This document shows, in pieces, positions 1-12,214 of a stretch of 64,000 nucleotides of DNA. Within the stretch, counting starts at the first letter, position 1. Each line of letters starts with the position of its first letter. The DNA comes from Octopus sinensis (lineage: Eukaryota): NCBI RefSeq assembly GCF_006345805.1, contig NC_043000.1:103788001-103852000 (forward strand), read 5' to 3'. Below the pieces are notes generated by a model. That model was not told the origin of the DNA. It saw nothing but the letters and a program-made list of their open reading frames with translations, and made no database searches. The position numbers were made by a program, and so were the translations under genes.

Positions 1-1810
1 TCACACCATATATTGGTTTAAGATGGCAAAAATAGAGGCAAATTTGTGACTCTATCCTTATGGAAGAAGTGTTAGAATTGAGGTTAATATTTTTACCTTG
101 TAGTTGAAGTATTGTTTGATAATTTTGCATTGTTGTTCAAGATGTCTTGATTGATATGGCAGATTTGGTTGTTTACCTCATGGGTCATGAGTCCAAATAC
201 ACTGCTGGCATTTGGTGTGTTTCTAGGCAGAACACTTTATTATACATTGCCTCAGTTCACCTACCTGTTAGCAGGAATAGATATGAATACAAGATCTCTT
301 GGAAACGAGGATCATTACTTGCCATAAACTGATGTGTTATCTAGGGAGCAGGTGTATTTTACCTCTGCATTACCCCATAAAGCCAGAAATAATTATTGAC
401 CCTGGGGACTTAGGAAGCATTATAAATTACAAATAACACTTGACAAGTAATCTGTAGAAATGGCAATTTCTGTTTACTTAGATATCAATGAATCATCAGA
501 TATCAGTACATTAGGAAGTCTATATGCAGTCCTAGATTTTAAAACCCAGCTTGGATACTGTAGCTACTATGTTCATTTTAAAAATATACTTTGATAGCTG
601 AACATTTTATAAAACCTTCAGTTTATGTTACAGTTGCTAACATTATACACTTGAATAATTAATAATAATTGAACTGGAAATTCCACTCATGAATTCCTTT
701 TTCTATGACAACAGTAATTAAAATTACAAATAGCTTATAAATGAATCCAAAACATAATCTTTATAACTCACAATATGTATTGTTTTATCAAATAGTTAAT
801 GTAGTTATTATATTACTAATCCTTTACAATACCCTAGTATTATATACAAATATCAACTGTACTTAGCTAGTCTGCTAAGGAAGTATCGAAAGACAACAGG
901 GTGCCATAAAACCTCTACAAGATAAGGAACCACATGCTTTAAGATAGAATGAACTTGAAATGTATTATGAAATATATAATCAAGAACATTTTGGAATTTT
1001 TAATTTCATAACTTTTGATATGTTTTTTTTAGTCCTAAGTCAGCCCTGGTTTCAATAACCAATAGTTTGCAAGTAGTTTTTGCGTATGTGTTTTTTTTTT
1101 TAATTTATCAAAGCTGACGTGAAGGAGAAAATGAAAGTGAAGAGTGTGTAGAGGATAAGGTAAAATGGAGAAGGCGGTATTGGGACTTGTGAAACTAACC
1201 CCTACTTTAGCCTGGGAAATGATTTTAAATGCTTATTGTTGTGAGTGGTAGGGATAGTGTGCTTTTGGGTGGCACTATATTTGTGCTATGAGGATGTGGA
1301 TATGTTCGGGTGTTAAAGAGTGATTTTGCATGTAGTGGAAAGGACCATACTGGAGTTTGCTATGACAATAAACTGCTCATCACACATCTAGATGTCCTTT
1401 TTTTAAGATGGTAGGAGATGATTAAAGAGGATTTACCTGTTATTTCTTGCAGGTCAAATAACTATGTAGATACCTCCTCTTTGAGTTAGTATTTTTGTTT
1501 CCTAGTATGAGTGATAAAACACATACTTACACAAACATGCAGAGAGAGAGAGAGAAAGAGAGGACAGGGTGATAGACAAACAAATATCTTATATATAGCT
1601 ATCATCATCACCTTCCATGGTTGCATGTGTTGGACAGAGTTTATTGAGGCAGATTTTGCTGTAGCCAGATGCTCTTCCTGTCACAAACCCTCACCTGTTT
1701 CCCAAGCAAAGAAATAATGACACTATTTGTATGACAGTGACAATCATTTATAACTATCACACACTATTAAGATAAGAAGACACAAACACATGTGTGCACC
1801 ACCCCCCCCC

Positions 1811-1968
1811 ATTAGCTTCTTTCTGTTTCCATCTATCAAGTCTACTTGCAAGGCTTTTGGTTGATACAACACTATAACAGAGGACACTTGCCCAAGGTGT
1901 CATGCAGTGGGACTGAACCGAGAATCATGTGGTTGGGAAGCAAATGTCTTATCACACAGCCACACCTG
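1811..1968 (-). mobile_element. tRNA-derived SINE copy
   Basis: Reverse complement of the head seen at 36722 (ggctgtgtg..A box, ggttcagtccc B box, gcaccttgggcaagtgtc). Confidence 0.75.
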
Positions 1969-2231
1969 TAAAACAATAGTAGTCAGGGACTAGAACATAA
2001 ACCTGCTTAGCCCTTCCAAAAGGGTTAGGTAGGTTTATACAGAATGTTACTTGAGTAGCACAAGTAACATTATGTGAATGTAAACTAATTACGTAATAAT
2101 ATTGTCTTGTATGTATTTTTTTAAAAGAATAACACCAACCATTGACCATTAATTTTTATTTTGGTGAGAAACCTTCATCTGTAATATATGTTTTTTAGAT
2201 ATTTCTCTCATAATTTTTTTCTGTTTTGTAG

Positions 2232-2267
2232 ATGTCTACCAGTGAACGTGAAGATGCTAGAAAAGAA
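2232..2267 (+). CDS. NEK1: NEK1 window-exon 1 ([12 protein letters not shown]; helix C)
   Basis: ttttgtag| acceptor, |gtaagt donor; resembles MSSKEREESRRE of NEK1; phase 0-0. Confidence 0.9.
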
Positions 2268-3657
2268 GTAAGTATGAACTTAATTTTAACAAGTTATATC
2301 ATTGTGCCTGCAGTTTTCGAGCAGTCCTATGATAAAATATGCTCCAGTTGAGACCATACCATTTTCTCAGCTATAGTGTCTCTTGGAATGTATTATTCAA
2401 TTTTCCTTTCCTTTTTAAAAATAGTAGGGTGTGATGTGAAGGAAATTTCATCGTTATTTCTAGCAGATCAAGAGACCCTGTTAAGATTCCCTCATTTATT
2501 CATATACTTATAATACAGCTGGTGGAGGGTTAGTTTTATGCATGTAGCAGAGTGTACTTTAGTTAAATTCTTCTACATATTTTTTAGCTTGAATCAATGA
2601 TGCTGAAATATATTTTAATGTTAGCCTATTAACCTAGTTGTGAAAGAAATAGGAATATAAACACATTCTTCCTATGCTTTTGATGTTTTGAAAAAAGAGA
2701 TGTAGATCTCTTAATGGGCCACTTTTATGGTTTGCTGACTGCACCTCAGAGAAGATGTTCCTAATTTTCTTTCTTAATTAATAGCATAGATTCTTCAACT
2801 GCTATATAAAATATTCACAAATTAGACTATCAATGTAGCTTCCTTTGTAATTTCAATGGCTTGTCGTTAATCAAACAATACATATTTTTTGCACAACAAA
2901 AATTAAGCAGAAGTTCTGAAAGAAATTTCTTAGAATACTGGGGTTTTTTTGCTTTTTTTTTAACTTAACATATACCGTAACTTATTTCTTCTGTTTTAAC
3001 TATTCTTACAAATTCCTTTAGCTTACTGTAATTATATTTTTAATAAATTATGAAATTTTGAATTTTAATTGTTCTTTCTTCCATTGAGTTACCACAATTC
3101 ACACTTTATTTTTTGATAATAGCTTTTAATACAATAATGTGGGTGAAGTATTAAGGATCATTTTGTGGAAACATGCAAGGTAGTGGCCCATGGCTTGATG
3201 ACCTCTTGGTGTGTCAAGATCATTGACCTGAAGTTTCTCTTTTTCAGTCAATGATTTACTTACATCAGAAAGTTGTCAGTGTAACCCTCTGAGACAAGAA
3301 CAGCATCTGAAGGAAACTCATTACAATGGAATATATTTTTGTTGATTTTATTTTATCTGAAGCTTGCGTTTGCAATGACTTGTAAATTTTAAAAACATGT
3401 ATTTATATTTCTTTATTTACTCTTGTAATTACGTTTTTTAAAGCAATAATAACTGCATTTAAAACAATAAATCCAAAGAAATTTTTTAATAAAAGAATTG
3501 TTTTTAAAATTACAGTGGGGTGCTTTTTTGAAACTTCATTTTCCTTTACATTTTCTTCCTTTTTTTTTTTTCAAGTGCAGCCTTGTCAGATAACTTTTAA
3601 CTTTTGTGTTGCTTTCCAACAAATGAAGGCTCCCTGCTACTGTCATAGTTATGTTAG

Positions 3658-3692
<35 letters not shown>

Positions 3693-6600
3693 TATATGCC
3701 TCCAAATGTGAAGTACATTAAAAAGCTAACCAGAAATAAATATGCAGTGATGAAAAACAATATCAGTCATTAATTATTTAGGTAAATGAAGGAGACAACT
3801 CCAGATGTGTTTCAGTTTTCCTGTAAGCTCCTTAGCTGATGAAAGAATCTGAGTAAATGTACAAGCTTCTACACAGGTTAGATTAGAAAAAAAGAATTAT
3901 TTCAGTGATGCCATCCTCATAAACTGTTTTGCTTTATTACTATTCTTGTTAGAGTGATGGTTGTCAGAGTTAGTAGTGCAAGAGACAGTGCATCATGGTA
4001 TTTAGTTACATCCCTTTCGTTCTAAGTTGAAACCCTGCCAACTTCATTTGGGCTTCTAAAGTTGATTAAACTAAGTCAAGAACTGGGGATGAATATTATA
4101 ATTGAGTGATCCCCAAAATAAGTAGTCATATTCCTATATTAGGAATCATTATTGTTATTCTTGTGTTTTTTTTTTCTCTTCTCAAGGTCGCAATGCTGGC
4201 AACTCTCAAACACAAAAACATTGTTTCCTATATAGAATCTTTTGAAGGTAATTTTTTGTTTTCTTGACTTTTTATTTATATTTTATTTTTAATGTCATGG
4301 CTGAATATAAATTTATAATGATTACTTAGTTAAATTATTGAAATATTAACAGTTACTGCTGTTCAGTTCTCTATCAGCCCTAATCAATCAAACTTGTGAT
4401 CAAAAACATTCCTCCCATAACCATTCTACCTTATATTTTGATATAGTGTTCTTAGAACTACATAATCTAGTGTTTCCTTTCTTTAAGATGAGGGAGATTT
4501 ACTCTTTGTAGAGCAGTGGTGGGGATTCCTTGCTTCATCATCATCATCATCATTTAGCATCAGTTTTCCATACTGCACCAGGTTCCAGTCTGATTTGGCA
4601 TGGTTTCTACAGCCGGATGCCCTACCTAATGCCAAAAACTCCAAGAGTGTAATGGGTGCTTTTTACATACACCTCATCATCATCATCACCATCATTTAAC
4701 ATCTGTTAAGACCATACAGAGCTGTTGCAGATATTTGTGTGATGCCTCTCTGTTCTGAGTTCAAATTTTTAGTGTTAAATCTTGGTACAAAATTTTTTTC
4801 TCTTCATATTCAAATTTGATATCAGTTTTGCCCTGTGTTTAAGTCCCACCCCAAATTTTTCAGTTAATATCAAGTATAAAATAGTTTTATTTTACCAAAA
4901 TGTTTACTTGTCATCACCATAACATTTGTAGTTGTTTTGTTCCAAGTCAGCTCTCACTGAGCAGGCTTAAGTTCGTTTGGTGTAATTTGAAGGATATTTA
5001 GCTACTTTTTCTAGCTAGATTAGATTATCTGGATTTGTTGTACACCATATTCCAATTGTATCAGTATTTTAAGTTCTGCTTTCACAACTGTAATTCTTAT
5101 CCTTTCTTTGCCACTGCCACCTACTAATAGTACACCTAACATCTCAGGTGGCATTCATCATTCAGTCTCATGGGACATCCATATCAGAGCAAATTTCTCA
5201 CCTACATATGTAAGCTTATGCTTACAATACTCAGTTCTGCCTTCATGCATAACATTACATATCCAATGGCATATGCTTGCTTCTGGATTTGAAAATAAAG
5301 GCAATCTTCCTGGATCCAGAGGCTAAGTTGGTGATCCTGGATGTGAACTACAGTGATGGCGGTGCCTCAGACTAGTGGCTACCTACTCTCCAACATGTGC
5401 TGGGCAGTTGAATTATTTCAAGCATCTGGAGGTATTCCTGGGTACATCTCGCACTTTAGTGCTAGTAGGGGATTGGACTGCTGTCTTAGACGAACATTCC
5501 AATTGGGTGGGAGTGGGAGCATCTGATAGGGGGGTGCTGACAGATATTGACTAGACAACCAGAATGTACCAATGTGGACTTGGACAAATTGCATCGGGTC
5601 ATCTTGATCATACCTAGATAGAGTTTTCTGTAGGCTAGTGGATAAGGACAGCATAGGGTATCCACAGTTTCACATTAGTAAGGCTTTAGCTGTAGAAAAA
5701 AAGAAAATAGAGGGAGATTTAGTTAGAAAGCTAGATGAGGATCTTAGGACAGGCATTGCAACCGACGTGTTGGCAGCGAGGTTGGCCCTTGATCAACAAT
5801 TCGATGTCAAACATGAAGACTCCATTGTCAGAGCTAAGGCATGTTCGGTAAGCAAGGAGGGGACTAAGGCCACTTGATGGGCCTACAAGGCAGAGGCTAA
5901 ATGTGGCAACAGGTTGACCATTCTGTCATTGGTGGACCAGAATGGGCATGAGGTGTTTGAATCGAAGCAGATTTGTGCAACCTTTCAGCAGCACTTTGCT
6001 TGACTGTTTGGGACAAGCAGTGCGATGGATAACGGAGCACACTTTGGTATGTATGTGGACGGCCTGTCGCGACTCTCATTGAACGAGCCAGAGTGTTGCA
6101 AAAGACTGATAGCAACCTGGGAAGTATAGGAAGCGATGAAAAGCTGCACAACAGGTAGATTGTCAGGTCTGGATGGTCTGCCCTATGAGCTTTACATTTC
6201 AATGCCAGACTTGTTTGCAGGTATTTTTGTTGCAACGGGCAACAAAACGGGAGAATTCCTGCTTTTTTTTGTTGAGGGGTGGTGGCACTGCTGAAAAAGG
6301 ACCCAAACAAGGGGGACATCATAGAAAATTTCAGGCCCATCACTCTGATCAATGCAGAGTTGAAGATTTTGGCCAAGGTATTACCCAAGAGGTTGGTGCT
6401 TGTCGTGGACAACCTGGTAAGGCGCAAACAGTCTTCCATGGGTAGATTGCTGCTTTGTACAGCAGTATCTGCTTGGTCATATATAAGTGAATGGTCACCT
6501 GTCAGAGCCGTTCAGCAACTTGCATTCAATCCTGCAAGGATGCTCTCTCTCTCTCTTGCCTTCTCTACGTATTGACTCTTGAGCCATTACTATGGAAGTT

Positions 6601-8670
6601 GGAGGCTTTGAAGGATGTCCTGTGTGATCTAGGATGTGGGAAGAGCATGTCTGCCTATGCTGATGACATCATTGTGATGGTGTTGAGTTACAAGCATATC
6701 GACCTGATTGGCAAGACACTAAGTGAATATGAAGGGGTGACAGGTGTGAAAATTAACATGGAAAAAAGTCAGTGGGCTTGCAGCTCAGCACCTGTAGGGG
6801 CAAGTCCATGCGTCCAATAGTGTCGTGGGGTGTTGGACAGACGGTCCTGTTGAATTGCTTGGGGTCTGGTTTGGTCCAGACCTCCAGGTAGAGAAAAACT
6901 GGGACGAGGTGAAGAACAGGATGGCCAGCCTCAGCCAGAAATGGAACAAGAGGAAGCTGTCCCTGAAAGGTTGAGCTGAGGTGGCGAACGCGTACATTGC
7001 ATCGGTCATCTATTACCACTTGACCATTGTCCCTTGTCCCAACTGCTAGTTGACCAAGCTGGTGCACTTATTCTTTTACTTTCTGTGGAAGAGGCAGGTG
7101 CTCCATCTGCTGTCAACAGCTGCTGAACAGAGGCCTTGGCATGCCATGGTTGCTGATGCGCAGATATGCACTCAGGCTACAGCATCTCAAGCATTTCCTG
7201 GACAGTGAGCAGGTGTGGTCGCCATTCAAAAGACTCGCCTTTCCACAGCTCATCTCTTTGAGCTGCAATCTTGGATCAAGCGTAGACTGAGAAAGGACGC
7301 TTGGCACCTCGAGTGCCGTCAAGCACTCATCACCCTCCACCAGACGGGCAATGTGATCAGTAGTAGTTCCACTCTAGTGTTCTATATAGGGTTAGTGGAG
7401 GAAAAGTGCAACGATGTTCTTGGGGAAACTCTAGGCATCAATGATGATCAACTAAGCAGTCTGTTTGGGAGAACTTTTGGGCCAGGGCCCATGGATAACT
7501 TCCAGAAGTCCCTCGCCTGGCAGTGCTACCGAGGGGCACTGCCTGTTCAGTATAAACCTTACTAGTATGGAAGTGCGGTCAGCCAGGCCTGCCCAACGTG
7601 CGCTCAGAGTGACAAAACCATTCTGCACGTCCAGTGCCCAAGTATTGCTGACCTGTGGGCTTATGTCAAACAGCTGCTGTCAATTGTAGGATGGATCCAG
7701 CTATTAGCTGAATCCATAGTGAAGATTGCCTCACTGGCCTCCTTTAACAAAAAAGGGAAGGCAATTTTCATTTGTCTGGTGGCTGCAGTGAAAGAAATGG
7801 TATGGTGGACCCGTTTGAAAGGGCTAAAGTCAGGCACTTTCCACTTTGGTCAAGGTTTCATCAACTTTTGCAAGTTCCACTTGAAAAGGAAGGTGAGAGT
7901 AGAGAGAGAAGTGTTGTCTTCTAGCAAATTTATTGAAAAGTGGGTGAAAAATGGCCAGTATGAATGGACTAATTCTGAGATTACACCTGTAAAAGAAAAG
8001 TATAAAAGGAGAAAGGGCTCTTGCCCTGTTGACCAGGCACCCGTGGCTTTTATGGGTTTTTTCCAAAGCACTTCCCCCTATTGAGAGTTGTTACTTGTTA
8101 TACTGTTATTTTCATTATCAAATGTTTACACGGACCTTTTTTTTTTTGCAAAACCCTTTGTTTATCGTCTTTTGTTGTCCTTCAATGTTTTGATTTATAT
8201 TAGCCCTTGTGGCCAATAAAAAGAATGTATTATTATTATTGAGTGAGAGAGCAGTTCATGCCATCAAAGTGACACTGGGGTAAAATATACAAAGCCCAAT
8301 ATACCCATCATGACTACCCGTCTGATAAGGGTACACCAGGCACATGCATCACAACCATATATGCGCGACATGGTGATCTCATATCAAGATAAACAGCACA
8401 TGACCTTGCAGGTGGGGCCCAGTTAGAATTTTCTTCAGGTTGAGTAGCCCATCCCGCTCAAAAGGTCCCTGAATAAGGGTTGTTTAAGGATGTTGAAAGA
8501 ACCACCCATGTTTCCAGAGGTGAATTATTCAAACCCCAAAGAATCCCTCTCAACACATGGCTATGATGATCCCCCACTACTTCTGCTCGTGATCAGAGAT
8601 GCACATATCGTCAGCCACTAAGGGACATCCTCAACTGGTTAAAGTCAAACAACTGACAAGCAAATCTGTG

Positions 8671-8735
<65 letters not shown>

Positions 8736-11700
8736 GACATTTAGGTTTATCATTTCTGAAAATAACCTTGGCAGTCATTATGAAGTTTCTACCTTGTTTG
8801 TCCTTGCTTTATCATTTGTGTGCTTATTAATGAAACATGAATTATTTACTTCTAAAAGTAGTAAAACAGCCTGTGCACATCAATGATTCATTGAATAAAT
8901 GAATTATTTTTAGTATACCACATTGTAGAACAAGAGGTAAGCTTTTAATGTGTTGTGTTCCTGACTTGATTATGATTTCCAATGTAGCTGTCTTCTGTTG
9001 TAAGTACCCTTCAGAAAGGTACACACATATCTTCTCTGTGTATCTGTATAAGAAATCAATATTTTATTCATCTTGTTCAAGTCTGATTAAGTCTAATTAT
9101 TTGACTGTCTATAATCAAAAGTATCAATTCAGTGGTGATCAACCTTATTAAATTTAGGAGAGAGGAAAACAGATGTTGTAACATTCATGCTTTTCCCAGG
9201 TATTTAGTTATGCAAATAAAGGAAAATATTACAATTGCGAATTGAAACAAGTTCATATATTTGACTTATTGATGTTTAACCTTCTATACAATGTACATCC
9301 CTGATGCTTATTTTAGGATATATATATATATATATATAGACTTATTGATGCTTAACCTTCTATACAATGTACATCCCTGATGCTTATTTTAGGATATATA
9401 TATATATATATATCATCATCATCATCCTCATCATCGTTTAACATCCGTTTTCCACGCTAGCACGGGTTGGATGGTTCGACCAGGGTCTGGGAAGCCAGGG
9501 GCTGCACCAGGCTCCAGTCTGATCTGGCAGTGTTTCTACAGCTGGATGCCCTTCCTAATGCCAACCATGCCGCGAGTGTAGTGGGTTCTTTTTACGTGCC
9601 ACCGTCACAGGTGCCAGGGGAGTCTGGCATCGGCTAAGATCGGTTGGTGCTTTTAACATGCCACCGGCACGGAAGCCAGCCAAGGTGGCGCTGGCATTGG
9701 CCACGTTTGGATGGTGCTTTTTATGTGCCACCGGCACAGAAGCCAGTTGAGGCGGCACTGGCAATGACCACATTCGGATGGTGTTTTTTATGTGCTACCG
9801 GCGCAGATATCACAACTACTATTTCCATTGATATTTATTTCGATGTTCATTTTCATGTACTTGACTCAACAGGTCTCCTCAAGCACAGCGGGATGTTCTG
9901 GACTCCAAGGTACTTTGAATGGGCAGGGGCTATGCAGAACTGGTGCAGGAAGCAGCCCGGGTCTTTGCAGTCACAGCATATCTCCAGAGATCTCGGTCCT
10001 TCGCCATTGCCTCAGTGAGGCCCAACGCTCTGAGGTCATGCTTGACCACCTCATCCCATGTCTTCCTGGGTCTACCTCTCCCCCTGATTCCTTCAACTGT
10101 TTGGGAGCGGCACTTCTTCACACATCTCTCCTCATCCATCCACAGTACATGACCATACCATCGCAAGCATCGCTCTTGCACACCACATCTGATGCTTCTT
10201 ATGTCCAACCTTTCTCTCAGGGTGCTTACACTCTGTCGTGCATGCACACTGACATTACACATCCAGCGGATCATGCTAGCTTCATTTCTTTCAAGTCTAC
10301 GCATGTCCTCTGCAGTCACGGCCCATGTTTCACTACCGTGGAGCATGGCAGTTCGCACACATGCACCATACAATCTACCTTTCACTCTGAGTGAGAGACC
10401 CTTTTTCGCCAGTAGGGGTAGGAGCTTTCTAAACTTTGCCCAGGCTATTCGTATTCTAGTGGTGACACTCTCTGAGCATCCACCTCCACTACTAACTTGG
10501 TCACCCAGGTAGCGGAAACTATCGACTACTTCTAGTTTCTCCCCCTGGAGTGTGATGGAATCTGTTTTCTGAGTATTTGTGGTGTCTATTGTCCCTGTGC
10601 ATCTGTCGCACATGAAGGCTATCTTATCAGTTAATTTCCCTTTGATGTTGCTGCACCTCTTATGTGTCCATAGCTTACACTGGGTGCATCTTATGGAGTT
10701 TCTACCTACGCCTTTCCTACAGATCGAGCAGGGCCACCTGCCCGATGGGGTATGTGCTGAGTTCGCCTTTCTGCTTACTATAACTTTGGTCTTTGCTACA
10801 TTTACTCTAAGGCCCTTTGATTCTAACCCTTGCTTCCACACCCGAAATTTCTTTTCTAGTTCCGGTAGTGATTCTGCTATGAGAGCCAGGTCATCAGCAT
10901 AGAGGAGCTCCCAGGAGCAACCTGTTTTGAATTCCTCTGTTATTGCCTGGAAGACTATGATGAATAAAAGGGGACTGAGGGCTGAGCCTTGGTGTACGCC
11001 TACTTCTACCCGGAATTCTTCACTATATTCGTTGCCAATCCTAACCTTGCTGACAGCCTCTCTGTATAGGGCCTGTACAGCCCTTATTAGCCATTCGTCA
11101 ATCTCCAGTTTCCACATCGACCACCAGATAAGGGATCGGGGGACCCTGTCAAAGGCTTTCTCCAAGTCCACAAAAGCTATGTAGAGGAGTTTATCTTTAG
11201 CTAGGTACTTCTCCTGCAGTTGTCGGACCAGGAATATAGCATCAGTGATGCTTCTACCTGGCACAAAACCGAACTGCATCTCATCTAAGCAAATTCTCTC
11301 CCTAATGAGGTGGGTTATGACCCTCTCTGAGACCTTCATCACCTGATCCAACAGTTTAATACCCCTGTAGTTATTTCTATCTAGAGCATCACCCTTACCC
11401 TTGTAGCAGTTGACTATGGTGCTGCTACGCCAGTCATTGGGTATTACTCCATTATGAACCACCTGGTTTACAATGCGGGTGACTAGGCCAGCTGTTTTAA
11501 GCATCTCAGCAGTGATTCCTGATGGGCCGGGGGCTTTACCTGGTTTCATACCATTAATTGCCTTAACTACAAGGGAGCTGTCTATTCGGATAGCTGGTCC
11601 CTCTACTGGGTCAACATTTGGCAGGCTCTCCTCCTCCCATTCATTCTCCACATTCAGCAGTCTTTCATAATGGCTTCTCCAAGCCTCTTCTTTTCACCGT

Positions 11701-12182
11701 CATTAAAAGCAAGTGCCCCGTCATCCATGCGGACACATTTCTCTCCTGTAACATCACTATTTTCTCTCACACACTGTCTAGCAATCCGAAATACCTCAGT
11801 TCTTTGGTCCTCACGTCGCTGGACATTGGCAAACTTCTTCTTTTCTGCTACATCTTTGGCTATGTATACCTGCCGCCCAGCCTCCCTTTTGGCTACCTGG
11901 TACAGTTCCCTGCTACCCCCATCCCTCCAGGCTTTCCAGGCCTGTTTCTTTGCACTAATGGCTTTGTCTACTGCACTATTCCACCACCACGTAACTCTAG
12001 GTCTGGAAGGGACTTTGCACCATCCACAGACTTGGTCTGTGGCACTCAGCAAGCTGTCCCGTAGGAATTTCCAGCTACCTTCTATGTCCGACGTCTGTAG
12101 CTCCTCCTCCCTCTCATCAAATTTCTTGATGAGGATGTCCCTAAATCTCTGACCATGTGAAGGGTTCTTTAGCTTATATATA

Positions 12183-12214
<32 letters not shown>

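Noticed and set aside
1-2231. First NEK1 coding exon (GxGxxG loop, VAIK lysine)
   Set aside because: No matching translation found in this interval; it presumably lies upstream of the window
5897-6439. 180-aa minus-strand ORF
   Set aside because: Antisense shadow of the Tx1 RT region; no independent protein signature
8599-8886. Poly-Leu ORF resembling a signal or membrane peptide
   Set aside because: Translation of a (TTA)n microsatellite
9644-11184. Several plus-strand ORFs of 77-200 aa
   Set aside because: Antisense shadows of the open RTE ORF2 and its 3'UTR
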